Shown here: piece by piece, positions 12,401-24,929 of the stretch
Layout: every line of letters starts with the position of its first letter
Numbering within the stretch: the stretch's first letter is position 1
NCBI RefSeq assembly: GCF_001194135.2
Contig: NC_068987.1
Location: 90,379,716-90,443,715 of the forward strand
Origin: Octopus bimaculoides
Taxonomy: Eukaryota
Direction: 5' to 3'
Length of the DNA stretch: 64,000 nt
Translations under genes and position numbers: made by a program
Notes under the pieces: generated by a model
What the model saw: the letters and a program-made list of their open reading frames with translations, nothing else
What the model was told of the DNA's origin: nothing
Database searches by the model: none

Positions 12401-13475
12401 CAACCAGGTATGAAAAAAAAAATGAAAACTCAATCGAAATTCTGCCTTAATTGTAGAAAACAAAAACCTAGCAGCCATTCTTAGTGACTCTCAAAGGGGA
12501 GACAACTTAAAAGCTTCAGGCATGTTTCAGACTTATTAGATTTCATCAGCCAGCATTCCATTAATCAATGTCTATACCAAAGGAAGTAGTTGTTGATATA
12601 TACTATCTTCAGGAAAATTAAATTAGTCATAATTAATACATACAGTATAATAATCTATTATGACTAATCATGTTATTAATTGTAGATATGTGATAGGCAC
12701 TTTTAGGGTAATGAATTAAGTCTACTCCCCTTGTAGGCCATATGGGGTGGGATTTGAACTCTTAATATAGAGAACCAGAACAAATACCTTAAGGCTTCGG
12801 AAACAGTGTTCTGACAGTTCCACCACTTTACTGTCTTTGACTGGTATTTTTTAATTTTTTTTATCGATCCTGAAAGGATGAACGGCAAAGTCAACCTTGA
12901 CAGCATTTAGAAGAGTAGAGTTGAGGAAAATTTGGCTGCTAGTTCATGCAAGTCATACCACTACATAGAGGTTACCTCATTGGTTAGCTCTGATAATGTT
13001 AATAATTCATACCAAACATTGTAGAGGAGATGGTATAGTTGAGAAGATTAATCCCCAGTAAATAGCTGGTATTCATTCAGACTCCAGAGAACTAAAACGG
13101 TAACGCCAGCCTTGGTAAGGTTTTGAGCTTTGGAATCTAGAGAGCTAAAAATAAATTCCACAAGGCATTTATGCAAGCATTTTTCTATTCTGCCACACCT
13201 AGCTTTTAAATTCTTATCTAATAATGAAATCCTACTCTAAATGTAATATTTAAACTGTAATAGGTTTTAGGCTAACTATTATAACTTAATTTGATTTTGA
13301 GTAACACTATTAGTGTTCCACCATGTAATAAAAATAAGAGATTTGTTGTAGAAATATACGTTGAAGAGTTGGATGTTGCACAAGAACACAATCATGTTAT
13401 AACAGAAAAGACGGTACTTAATGTCAAACCTATAATCATTAACCAATTCCATAAGCAGTTTTTATTACTACTTAC

Positions 13476-13590
13476 AGGAGAAGAAAGTCAAGCTATCATG
13501 CCTTAATTTGAAAACTTCTTCAAAAGAGTAATCACTGGCAACAGATCGAAGAATTTTATTGAAGAAACATTTACTGAATACACTGTTCAT
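13476..13590 (-). CDS. Candidate first coding segment (exon 13636-13476, ATG at 13590)
   Basis: Acceptor tttcatcttcaag|, upstream in-frame stops, ATG in CAAAATG context, strong donor CCT|GTAAGT. Encodes MNSVFSKCFFNKILRSVASDYSFEEVFKLRHDSLTFFS plus 1 nt, which joins GG at 9450 to give Trp in frame. Confidence 0.45.
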
Positions 13591-16371
13591 TTTGAACGGT
13601 ATAATTCAGCTTTATTCTCCCTTTTCCAATATAATACTTGAAGATGAAAGAACTTTTGAATAAATTTATACATGAAAGCACACACATACAAACACACACA
13701 CATTCAAATGGAACAAGAAAATGAAAATAGATGCAAGGTTTCAATTTAAAAAATTTTCCTTTTTTTTTTTTTTTGCAATTAAAAAATTATTATCAATATA
13801 ACAGCTTTATTTTATTTTTGCTTGGCATGGGTTTGAATACAATAGGTGTCCATACATCTCACCATTACAAAAAGCCTGACTAACCATCAAAAGGCCAAGC
13901 TACCTACTTATTTCCCCACCCAAATCTTCCGTATCTTAATTTTTCTTGTCTCTTATCTATTTTCATCCGTTCATATCCAAAATATATTTTTAAGTAACAT
14001 TATTTAACCACTATGGCACTTTCTAGACAATGTTTTTGTTTTTGTAATACTATTATTATTGTTATTATTATTATTATTATTATGGTTTAGTCAAAAAAGG
14101 AAGGGTAGTGCCCATGATTATTGCATGACTTGGAGCTGGTAGGAAAAAGAGAAGAAGCTACAACACAAAGGGTTGGTTGCTAACCCCTCTTTCAATCTAT
14201 GAAAGTTAAAGACAGTGAGTGAGTCTGCCAACAAATAAGACAGCTTCCCAAGGCATTTCTCTTGCAGACAAGACTGTCAATGCTAACAGAAAGATTTTAC
14301 TAATTACAACATTGGCTTTGTTTCTAAATGATTAGAAAGGAACAAATTAAAGTGATTGTATGTTGTCAACTTTATGTTTTCATAAGGACACAGAAAATGT
14401 GTCATGGCCAGCGGAAACGACGTTTCCTGGGGCTAAATAACAGTAGCATTCTTCCCTTTCATGGGACTGTCACATTAAGTTGACAACATACCATCACTTT
14501 ATCGTGCTGCTACTGTATAAATCTCTCTGAGAGTTTTAGAAATGTATTATTTCTAGGAACAAAATTTTTTTTTAAAAATTTTTATAAGCAAAACATAAGG
14601 GCATTATCTAAGCATTCTGCAAGAACTACCTGAATCATCATCATTGTTTTATGTCCATTTTCCATGCTAATGACTTATGCATGATTTACCTGTTTTTCAT
14701 CTTCAATCTCCTTGTTTGTTTACATCTGACATCTTGTACATGAAACGTAATAGAAAAAAAAAATCAGTGCTGACTATAATTTCTGTAGAATATCCATAGA
14801 GATAACCTTAATAAATGATTTTCCATGCTGTCAGGAGTTGGATAGTTTGACAGGTGCTGCCACAGGACTCTGTACCTAGCACCAATGTCTACTTTGACAT
14901 GGTTTCTACAGCTGGATGCTCTTCCTAACAAAAAATCTCTATTCTTTTTACTGCAAAAATGACAGTCCAAAGAATTTGGACCAGTTGCCTTGGCATGAAT
15001 TCTGACTTTGCTGTCTAAATACCATTGCTGTATTTCCACACCTCTGACATCATCTAATCTATATTTTGTATGAATGGAGAAGTTACAAATTCACTAAATT
15101 TCTCTCAGCCTAATTAAATAAATTTCCAGTTTCATCTCCACAGATAATTATGTAACAGAAACTGTTTAATAGATCAGAAATTCTTCAAATAAAAACTTCA
15201 CAAGCTTTTTACTGTATAAACTGTTACTCTAAACAACATAAAAATGTTGTTATCATTCTGTACTTGTTTGTGCATTCATCAACTGCTGCAATGATTGAAT
15301 AAATATATTAAGTTGTTACCGCTAACTACCTTCCTTGATGCACACCAAACATTGGCAATTTCTCTAAAGTCATTTGATTTTACAAGGCTATAATTCGATC
15401 TATTCGTTTATCACTTCTCCATTTATTAATTAGAGAAAACAATATCAAAGACATTAAACTGAACTCAGAATCTAAAATGACGTAACCAAATGCTAAAGTT
15501 ATTTTGTCCAACATTCTACCAATTCTACTATCTACTCACTATAAAAAGTTTTATAACCCATCAGGCTCTCTGTAGAGACTTGAACCATCTGTCTATAACT
15601 TGCAAAGACTATGTTACCAATTACACTACTTATCATATTCTAACACTCATGGATATAAAATTGTCATACAATTTCCCTCTCATAAATACAAGGCGTTTAC
15701 ATCTATATTTGGTAACAGAATATAAAGGATTATCTATAAAGATCTTTGTCATTAAGTCAAGGGACCTTAAAAAAAAACCCAACTCTCATTAGATTAATGT
15801 CTAACCGACAGTGTGCAAAGTACCATTACTTTTATGGAGAATTCTACTAAAAAAAACCGTTTGCTCTTACAGACTGGTGTGATTGCAAAAGTGATATCAA
15901 TCATACAATGATATCATTAGATTATACTTAGTTTAAAAGCAAACAGCAAATCAAAGCAAGGTGCAACAACAACAGGTATGCTTTGCAATCTCTCGTTATT
16001 AATTTAGATATCTCTCAAATCTGGTCAAGTTCAAAAGAAAGATGGAATAATTGTCTTTAATCAGGTATTGTAATTGCCATATTCATGTACAAACATTTAA
16101 GGTTGTGAATGAACACACAAACTTCTATTTCACATGTGGTATGTAACTAGATATAAGTAACTCTGGGGCAAATTTTCCAATACAGAGAGAACAGTGAAGA
16201 CTAAAGCAGCAGAATATTATGTTCTGAGAATTGAATCAATAACCTTGAGAGACTTTCACTCTACATGGCTGCTGATATCACAAATATTGCTTTAAACTGC
16301 TATGACAGAATACAAGGCTATGACAGAAATAAAGGTTTGCAAGCTAAGGAAGGAAGAACTTTTACATGGCT

Positions 16372-16545
16372 GCTTGACTTGTCAGAAATAGCAACCAAAT
16401 CACCCTCAAATTACACTTTAAAAAAATATGGGAAGTATATTGGATAATGCAGTCTGAAATAAATTGTGTCAAGAAAGAATGGTTACAGCTAGAATGTCTT
16501 TGTCAAAAAGTCTGTTCAGTAAGGGTTAACTTAGGACTAAACAAC
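16372..16545 (+). mobile_element. Interspersed repeat family I (gacttgctagaaatagcagcc... ending gctaaacaac)
   Basis: Related copies at about 295-440, 17365-17508, 26025-26190, 50860-51120 and 62905-63075. Confidence 0.6.
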
Positions 16546-16734
16546 ATGATTAAGATTCATAAGTCCAGCAACTTAAAAAATCTGCTCAAAATAGTATTTT
16601 ACAAACTTGTTCTGCTCTGGTCCTCCGATCGTATATTTTATCCATCTCCTTCATTCTTCTGCCATAAAGTTGCCCCCGACTCCTCAGGGTTTACAGTCTT
16701 GCAAATTGCATACGAGTGAATTTGAAAGCTAGAA

Positions 16735-16965
16735 ACTATGTGGAAGCCTGTTGTTTGAAAATGTGTGTGTGTGTTTGTCCCTTCCACTGTTAAACAGCTT
16801 GTGTTATTTTGTTTATGTTTCCATAACTTAGCGGTTCAGCAAAAGAGATTGATAATATAAACACTAGACCTAAAATAAGCACTAGGTTGATCTGTTCAAC
16901 AAAATAAAACTCCAAGGAGGTACCCCAGCATGGCCACAGTCCAATAACTGAAAACAGTTAAAAGA
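16735..16965 (+). mobile_element. SINE family A 3' half
   Basis: Contains cataacttagcggttcagcaaaagag...ccccagcatggccacagtccaataactgaaa. Confidence 0.75.
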
Positions 16966-18367
16966 ATATTCTCATGAGATAATAGTTAAAGTCATTAATT
17001 CGTTAATACACTTGCTAGAAATATTATTGTTAATTACTTGTTATTACTAATTACCAGATAAGTATTACTCCAAGGACAGCTTGGCCATTATCGTTCTTTG
17101 ACTGGCCATTTTGAACATTTCAAATTTAACCCAAGACTATCATCAAATCTAGGACAAAATATACAAATAAACTGAAAACAAATAAAAGTTAGGAAAAAAA
17201 ATACAAACACACCCAAAACCTCCTTTTTAAAAAAAAAATAAAAGACGGATGTTAAACCAACACAGGAGACTCCAGTCATACAACCTACTAAAAATAACCT
17301 TTAAATGGCCAACACTCTTGAAAAGAAAAAGAAAGAAAGAAAAGAAAAAGAAAGTGGAAGTAAGCATTGGATAATGTAGTCCTAGATAAACTATGTCTGA
17401 AGAAAAACACACCAAAAACGTTGGTCTTGGCTGGACTGCATTCATCATGAGTCTGACTAGATCATAGGGTCTGGTAAAATGAGAGACAACCTGAGAGCTA
17501 AACAACAACTAGTTTCTAATTTAACTGAAAAACAAGAAAATTTAGAAGTGAAAATTCTTATTTGTTAGCAAAACATTTCTTGAAGGATGATGTCATTTGC
17601 ATCTAAGTATGGTTGGAATAGAAATGAGCTCCATGAAAATATTTATCTTAGGACAGAGGCTTTTAATACACCTATCAAGTATTTGATGAACAAAGAATAT
17701 TACAGGGTTCTGAAATAAATGAATAAATAAAATTAACAATGATAATGAATTTAGGCGTGTAATCAAGACGGTTGTTTCTATTAGGAGGAGTGTTGTACTG
17801 AAGTTTAAGCACAATATCCTCTAAAATATTTGTTTCTGATAATTTCGTAGTTGATTCATCATAGTTGCTAGTTCAGAGTGATGTAAAGGAATGTGGAAGT
17901 TGAGTGGCGATGAACAGATACAGAAAGAATAGTAATACCACACACACACACACACACACACACAAATACTAGGCACATACAAACATGCATCCATGACTCA
18001 TGTACTTGGGAAGAAGCAACATGCTGATTGTGAAAGCTTTTCCATGCCACTAAGGATTATTTTAAGCTGAAGAAGACCTGGTTACTGATCCAGTGATTCA
18101 GATAGACAATCCTTTTTATAGCTGTTCAACAACTGTACCAGTTCTTATAGGAATTCTATGCATCAGCAATATAACTTTATACCTGTACATTAAGAAGGGA
18201 GGAATTCATTTCAAAGATAGCATTTTTCACAGAGTCTGACACTGATTGCTCTAAGAACTAAACAAAGAATTATGGAAGGCAAAGCAGCCCATGTAAATAA
18301 ACGACTATGTTACCATTTGAGAGAATGGTTGTTCATATCCTCATGTTACTAATCCTGAATTGTATTA

Positions 18368-18917
18368 TATGAAGGTGAGTCAAAAAGTAATGCCATTTTG
18401 TTTAGGACAGGTATAATTACCAACACAGGAACATGTACCATACATAAAAATGAAGCTGGTCCTCTGTGGATCACATCCCTACTTCTCAACATAGTCACCG
18501 TTTCTCTCAATAGCAATGTTCCACCTTTGAATGAAAGCATGTATCCCTGCCCCGTAAAATTCTGTTGACTGTTCTTTGAGCCACTTCTTCACTACAAAAT
18601 CAAAGAGACAACACCTTCTTTTGAAGGCTTGTAACAGGTGATGAAACATGGGTCCATCATTATGAACCAGAATCAAAGAGGCAGTCAATGAAATGGCGCC
18701 ACTCTACGTCACCACCACTGAAAAAGTTCAAGATGCAAAAGTCAGCTGGAAAAATCATGGCGACTATCTTTTGGGATGCTCAAGGTGTCATTCTGGTCGA
18801 ATTCTTGCCAAAAGGAAAAACAATAAACTCATAATAAGCTTCATTTTGATGTATGATACATGTTGGTAATTATACTTGTCCTAAACAAAATGGCATTACT
18901 TTTTGACTCACCCTTGT
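18368..18917. mobile_element. Rearranged mariner (DD34D-type) relic with both ends derived from the 3' terminus
   Basis: TIRs tatgaaggtgagtcaaaaagtaatgcc / ggcattactttttgactcacccttg with TA flanks. Plus-strand core LVTGDETWVHHYEPESKRQSMKW...KIMATIFWDAQGVILVEFLPKGKTINS. Minus-strand C-terminus VVKKWLKEQSTEFYGAGIHAFIQRWNIAIERNGDYVEK. Confidence 0.9.
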
Positions 18918-19011
18918 TAATACAAGTCTATACATAACATACAATAGTTTCTCAGATAGTTCGGTTCAACTATGTGTAAATACATATTAAAGGTTTCATA
19001 CAACATATTTT

Positions 19012-19240
19012 TATTTCTTTATTGCTCACAAGGGGCTAAACATAGAGGGGATAAACAAGAACAGACAAAGGGATTAAGTCGATTACATCAACCCAGTGCA
19101 TAACTGGTACTTATTTAATCAACCCCGAAAGGATAAAAGGCAAAGTCAACCTCAGCAGAATGTGAACTCAGAATGTAAAGACAGATGAAATACCACTAAG
19201 CATTTCGCCCGGCATCCTAATGATTCTGCCAGCTCACCAC
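19012..19240 (-). mobile_element. SINE family B copy
   Basis: Reverse complement of 4655-4882. Confidence 0.8.
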
Positions 19241-19635
19241 AACATATTGACAGCTCGGATCAAAAATATTCTAACCATTATCAACTCATCTTATTTTTAC
19301 TTTCTTTCAAACACAATGTGTTTCTGATAAAGGGGAATCTCATCTTTTAACATCACAACAAATTAATGTATTCTTTCTTGGAGAATTGTTTGTATTTACT
19401 ATTTGCCAATGCAGTCAAAATTCAGAAAAATTGAAACAACCAGAGTTGCAATTAGGACAAAATGACTGTTAGAATGTTATGTACCATTTGACCATGTGGT
19501 CAGCGATCAAAGCAGCTAAACATTTTGGCCACTGCGTGGTTTCTCAAGAACTAGTGACCATGTATTCTCTTGAGTTACTTACTCTCAAGGAAATGATAAC
19601 TCAACAAATTCACATTTGTAGTGTTAAACTTATAC

Positions 19636-19850
19636 TCAACCTGTTAGCATTTAGACCAGCCATGACCAGCCCAAAATATTCCCCCTGTTTTATGCTCAAA
19701 CTAGCCAGATCAGGCCTCTCACACCTACCCTACAATGCCATTCTAAAAATACGCAATCAAAGCTTCAAGATAATGCCAGGTTAATTCAAAACAATGTGAA
19801 TAAATAAGCATTTCATTTGACAGAAAGAAATCTGAATGCTAAAGGGTTAA
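19636..19850. mobile_element. TTAA/CCC-ended (piggyBac-like) MITE family H
   Basis: Ends tcaacctgttagcatt / aatgctaaagggttaa. Related copies at about 10258-10420, 46656-47058 and 63085-63255. Confidence 0.7.
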
Positions 19851-20745
19851 CATTACAAAAGTGAAGGAGAAAAAATTCTGAAAATAATTCCTACCACATT
19901 CTACATAGTTTCTGAACTCTTTAGGCTCGTATCATGCCATACGTTGTAAAAATATCTTTGCTATCTTTTAATTCACATTTGTTCAACCCTGATCACATCA
20001 CACTATTATCTCATGAGAAGAAAACATTGCCCTGTTTTAAGAACTTTTTGCTCCCCTTCATCTGCACCACGCACACACAAAAATAAAATCTAGACAAACA
20101 GAGTGAGTTCAGTTAGTAAAGCTGAAAGTTAATAGCAGTGACATTATGACATTTTCCTTCAGCAAATTTAGACATCATTTACCATTTCCTTGAAGTGAGA
20201 AGCAGAAGCAGCAGCAGTAGCAGCAGCAGCAACAGACTAATGCTGCTGTATAACTAATCAGGAGAGAATTCCACTTATCAAATTAGAAATGCTCCATATT
20301 GAGATTCTTTTGGGAAATATTTCTAACAGAAATTTTATACCACCACATAAATAAAACCATATATCTATCTATATATATATATATAAACACACAGCTACTA
20401 ACCACACTTCCTCCATCTGAACAGCCTTTTACATAAAGAGACATACACTACACATGCAGTGAAGCAAATAGTAGCAAACAAGGTATGAACAGCTGTTCAG
20501 AGTGAAAAGTAGGAGAGCAGAGTTTACCAAGTGACTCTATAGTTTCAGAAAATAAAAATAATAGTTGCTGGAGGACCTCCAAAATTGGAGTATATTAAAA
20601 TCCATAACATTCAGCCTCATCCATCAAAAAGATATTTATATATATATATATATGTTAATTAAATATATTGCTCTTACTCTGATAAAATAGGAACAGTAAG
20701 AAAATCTTAATTTGCAATATCTTACAGAAAATTTATGCTGTTTAA

Positions 20746-20968
20746 CCCTTTTGTTACTAACCCGGCTGAAACCATCTCTGGGCTCTGTAGTACAAATGTT
20801 TTGTTTTCTTAAGTTTTGAATTAAAATCTTCCACCAAACCTTAATCACATTTTATGTTCCTAACACTAGGTTAATGATAACTAAGTTATTTTACTAAATT
20901 CTTTGTTATATTTAAAATTAATTGAAAGAATCACAGAACATCTCAACAGAAATACAGTAACGAAAGGG
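20746..20968. mobile_element. TTAA/CCC-ended (piggyBac-like) MITE family G
   Basis: TTAA then cccttttgttact at the left end and agtaacgaaaggg then TTAC at the right end; no ORF. Confidence 0.8.
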
Positions 20969-21114
20969 TTACAAAAGAAAGTTATATTAGATATGGTTAG
21001 GTGAGACAGTTGACTTCTCTCGTTCAATGTAGGTTGTATTGGGATTAAACAAACATGGAGAATTTTGTTTAGTATTATTATCATAATCATTATTATTATT
21101 ATGTTATTCATTAC

Positions 21115-21348
21115 CAGAAATATGACACGAATGAACTTGGAGGTTATGTCATTGCAAACAGAGCAAATAAGGATCTCCTACGTTGGCACAAAGACACAAA
21201 TTTGTAAGAAATTAGGTACAGTTTCGAAGGATGTCTCTCCGGATATAGGATTGGCACTCATTTTGTAGACCACATTGGGATTTAATGCAAAGCCAAGAAG
21301 TACAAAACTAAACACTGCCGGCTCCTTCCTGTTTCTGCCAACCAAAAT
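21115..21348 (-). other. Candidate 234-nt exon (5'-UTR/uORF, poison exon, or recoded coding exon)
   Basis: Acceptor tatattattcag| and donor CTG|GTAATG. Length is exactly 78 codons; frame 0 has a single TAG at 21180-21178. Contains an ATG in CAAAATG context giving MSANPISGETSFETVPNFLQICVFVPT*. CpGs retained. Confidence 0.35.
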
Positions 21349-21519
21349 CTGAATAATATATTTTACTAAATCTAAGGTCAATTTCATAAGAGATAGGAAA
21401 AGGTGTAGCTGAGCGGTTAAGAAGATTGCTTTGTAACTATGTGGTCTTAGGTTCAATCTCATTGCATGCAACCGTGGACCAGAGCCCCAGAATGACCAAA
21501 ATCTTGTGAGTGGTTTATA

Positions 21520-22090
21520 TATAGAGGTGAGTCAAAAAGTAATGCCATTTTGTTTAGGACAGGTATAATTACCAGCACAGGAACATGTATCATACATGAA
21601 AATGAAGCTGGTTCTTTGTGGATCACATCCCTACTTCTCAACATAGTCACCGTTTCTCTCAATAGCAATGTTCCACCTTCGAATGAGAGCACACATCCCT
21701 GCCCTGTAAAATTCTGTTGACTGTTCTTTGAGCCACTTCTTCACTACAGTTTTCACTTCCTCGTCACTGGAATAATGTTTGCCTCTCAAACTCTCTTTCA
21801 TGGGGCCGAAGAGATGATAATCCCGTGATGATGATAGTTCAGTGACAAGGAAGTGAAAACTGTAGTGAAGAAGTGGCTCAAAGAACAGTCAATAGAATTT
21901 TACGGGGTAGGGATACATGCTCTCATTTGAAGGTGGAACATTGCTATTGAGAAAAATGGTGACTATGTTGAGAAGTAGGGATGTGATCCACAGAGGACCA
22001 GCTACATTTTGATGTATGATACATGTTCCTGTGCTGGTAATCATACCTGTCCTAAACAAAATGGCATTACTTTCTGACCCACCCTCATAT
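21520..22090. mobile_element. Fold-back mariner MITE with about 250-bp inverted arms
   Basis: Left arm 21520-21769 is the reverse complement of right arm 21840-22090. Both arms encode the transposase C-terminus (DYHLFGPMKESLRGKHYSSDEEVKTVVKKWLKEQS...) plus the 3' TIR. Confidence 0.92.
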
Positions 22091-24929
22091 ATAGTAACAA
22101 AGCCTTAAAAAATTCCCAATAGCATAGACATAAAATGTCCTAAAATTGCTGAAAATAAAATATAGATTAAAAGGGCTACTTTATCCTCTAAATAATTTTA
22201 TATAGGAAAAGAGAACTACCACTTGAGATTAAAGTTTGTAAGTGTTGGAAAAATAGCACATGTGTATGTGCATGCATATTTAAAATGAATTAGAATCAGA
22301 GCAAGGGAAATAAAATATAAGATTAGTAGAAAGGAACAGAAATGGCAAGTAGCAGACATTAAAGCATCAGTGGGAGTATAATCAAACTGACAATGTTTCA
22401 CATTTTATTCTAAGGACCAAAACCAGAAATTCACAATTCTTTTCTAATCCATTGGCACAAGTCAATCAAAAACCTAATTATTCAACTGATTTCTGCCGAC
22501 TCTGATTGTCTAGCTTTTTTTAAGTTTTGTCAGGAGAGACTCGAAATGGCCTAAAAACGATCCAGAAGAATTCAGAGATACTGGTTTTTAAGTCTATATC
22601 AATTAAAAAAATTGCTTATTTGTAGACCCAAACTATCTTAGCTTTGGCAGTTTATCTTTTTAAATGGCTGTATATACTGTATGTATAACAGTTTATAGAA
22701 TAGATAGACTGTATCCTTGTATATTGTAGGAAGCAATCAAAAGGATTGGCATCAGAAAAAGCATCCAGCTGTAAAACACTTCCACAGAAAGTCCTCATCC
22801 AACCCATGCTAACCTGGAAAAGCAAATGTAAAAGTGGTGATTATTTTAAATCATTTTCAGAGGACAAAAACACAGTTGGTTAGAACTTTACAAACGGCAA
22901 GAGTGATAAGGAAGCATATGTGCAACTTGGGAATGAACAAATAGCACAAGGGTTTTGCAAGGATTTTGTTTATTGTTTTTTTTTTTTTGTTTTTTTTTTT
23001 TGGTAACACACACACAATTTCTGTTCACCAAATTTTCCTGACAAGGCATAGGCCAACCTGTGGCCATGAGTAAAAGACGTTTGCCGAAAGTGCCACAGAG
23101 CAGACTATGGTTGCAAAGTGTACGTTTTAATCCGACAATCACATTGATGGAATGAACCTTCAGAGCGCTGAGTCTTTACTATTCTATCAAATATTAAAAG
23201 CATAACTCCAGAATAAAGTATCCTTGGAAGACAAAAACAACTGCAGACATTAAAAGATGATGTTCTGTAGCACCAAGCATGCAACCAGTAACCCTAGAAG
23301 CATGTTCAGTCATATGTGACCACCATTGCTGAAATGAACTTAAAATATAACTTAAATTGGCATTATTGTTCAATAAGAATAGACATAACCCCATGAGTAT
23401 GAAGGTTTAACAGTGTATTCTCAACCCAAATAAATGTGCATAAAGATGGTAAATGGAGAGAAAGAGAGCAAGCCACTTGAATGCAGAGATGCAGTATGAA
23501 CAAAAATGACGAAAAAGAAAAATGCACATTGTCTAAATCACAGTACAATATACCAAACAGGAGTTTATTATTTGCATAGGAGTGCAAACTCACAAAAAAA
23601 AAAAAAAAATCAATAGAACATTTTTATCCTTTGAAGTTTGCAAAGCCTTGAAAACTTTGATAAACTTATCAAAATGAAGTCTCAACTATAAAAATCCAGA
23701 ATATTCTGTTATTTCCCTTAAATGTTACTAAAAAAACATAACTTGTCAGAAATAGTTGAGAGTACTAAAATTCTTAGAAAAGAAAATCTGATACCAAATA
23801 CATCAAATCTCAACAATTTATGATCATTACAACTGCCATTATCTTTGAATTCCAATATCTTTCTTATAAGATTCAGAAAAAAAATTTTTTCGAGGAATAT
23901 GGCAAAAGTAATTAAAAAAATCTCGTGACTTAACATATTACATCGGCATAGGGTTCCGAACTTGTGGAGGAGGGAATTAAGTTAACCAATTCAACACTCT
24001 TGAATTTACTTTATCTGGCTTTTGTAGAATTTCAACTCAGAACACAAACAAAAAAAAAAACTAAATATTTTAAAGCCTTTCCCCCAGTGTGCTACCATTT
24101 CTGCCACCCCATGAGCACTAAAGCAAGGGTACTAAGCTCCTAATAAACCAAACATGCAAACTACATTCTGTTTCTAGCAGTAGCTGTTTCGTGTGATTCA
24201 CTACTCCTCTTGAAAAGGCATAAACAGCACAACACATTCCCTCAACTACTGAATCAACGAAGCTGATGTTTGATCATAAAATGGTTAAACCTACTCAAAT
24301 ACAATCAACACTCAAGCCTTATAAACTCCATGGTAATTAGCAGGTTAGGGTGTATCATTGACATGCAGTTAGGGTGTATCATTGACATGGACAAAATGTT
24401 GATGGACATACAGTTCTTTGTGACATAAGATACATATCTATTACAAAAAGTGTCTCTTACAGAAAAAAAAGACTCCCAGAAAAACAAACAAAAAAAAACC
24501 TCCCTGAGTTCTATATGCAAAGTTGAGTCTCCCATAAGCATTAATGCATTACAAACTATTTTTTCTGGAGATGTGCTACTGAAATTTAGGTGCATCTAAT
24601 ATGGTGGTGTGTCTTTTAAACCATCAAATATAATATGTTAATGACAAAAATAATGAAAAGTTTATCAAAATTTCCTTTTCAAAAGCTGGGGTGAAAACTA
24701 AATGGAAAAAGTTGATGGAATTATTATTTCTGTCTGCAACAAAGGGATTCTCTCCAAGTGTAGAGTACACAGTATGAAACCAGTGTAGGAAATGTGATTT
24801 TGTATTAACATTAAATGTGAAGGATGTGTGAAGGTTGCAAAACTAAAAAACAGATAAAGAGGTGTGATGAGCTGGGTGTGTAATGTGAGACGGAACAGAA
24901 ATGTACTTTGAGAAGAACTGGGTATATGG

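Noticed and set aside
13470-13480. Antizyme-like UCC-U|GA frameshift site at the exon end
   Set aside because: The next candidate exon starts GG (giving UGG, not UGA), and no antizyme ORF2 motifs were found.
13291-13640. Plus-strand protein-like frame (EELDVAQEHNH...EYTVHFER) and a plus-strand exon model at 21118-21203
   Set aside because: There is an internal stop and no coherent plus-strand exon chain. Strand skew and promoter orientation favour the minus strand.
17593-23328. Further acceptor-like sites on the minus strand (23328, 17709; also about 10041 and 5953)
   Set aside because: The frames close early and no convincing donor pairs with them. Such sites are common on a T-rich strand. 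They could be UTR exons but are unsupported.
24344-24389. Tandem 22-bp duplication containing TTAGGG
   Set aside because: A single slippage duplication, not a telomeric array or a CRISPR-like repeat.
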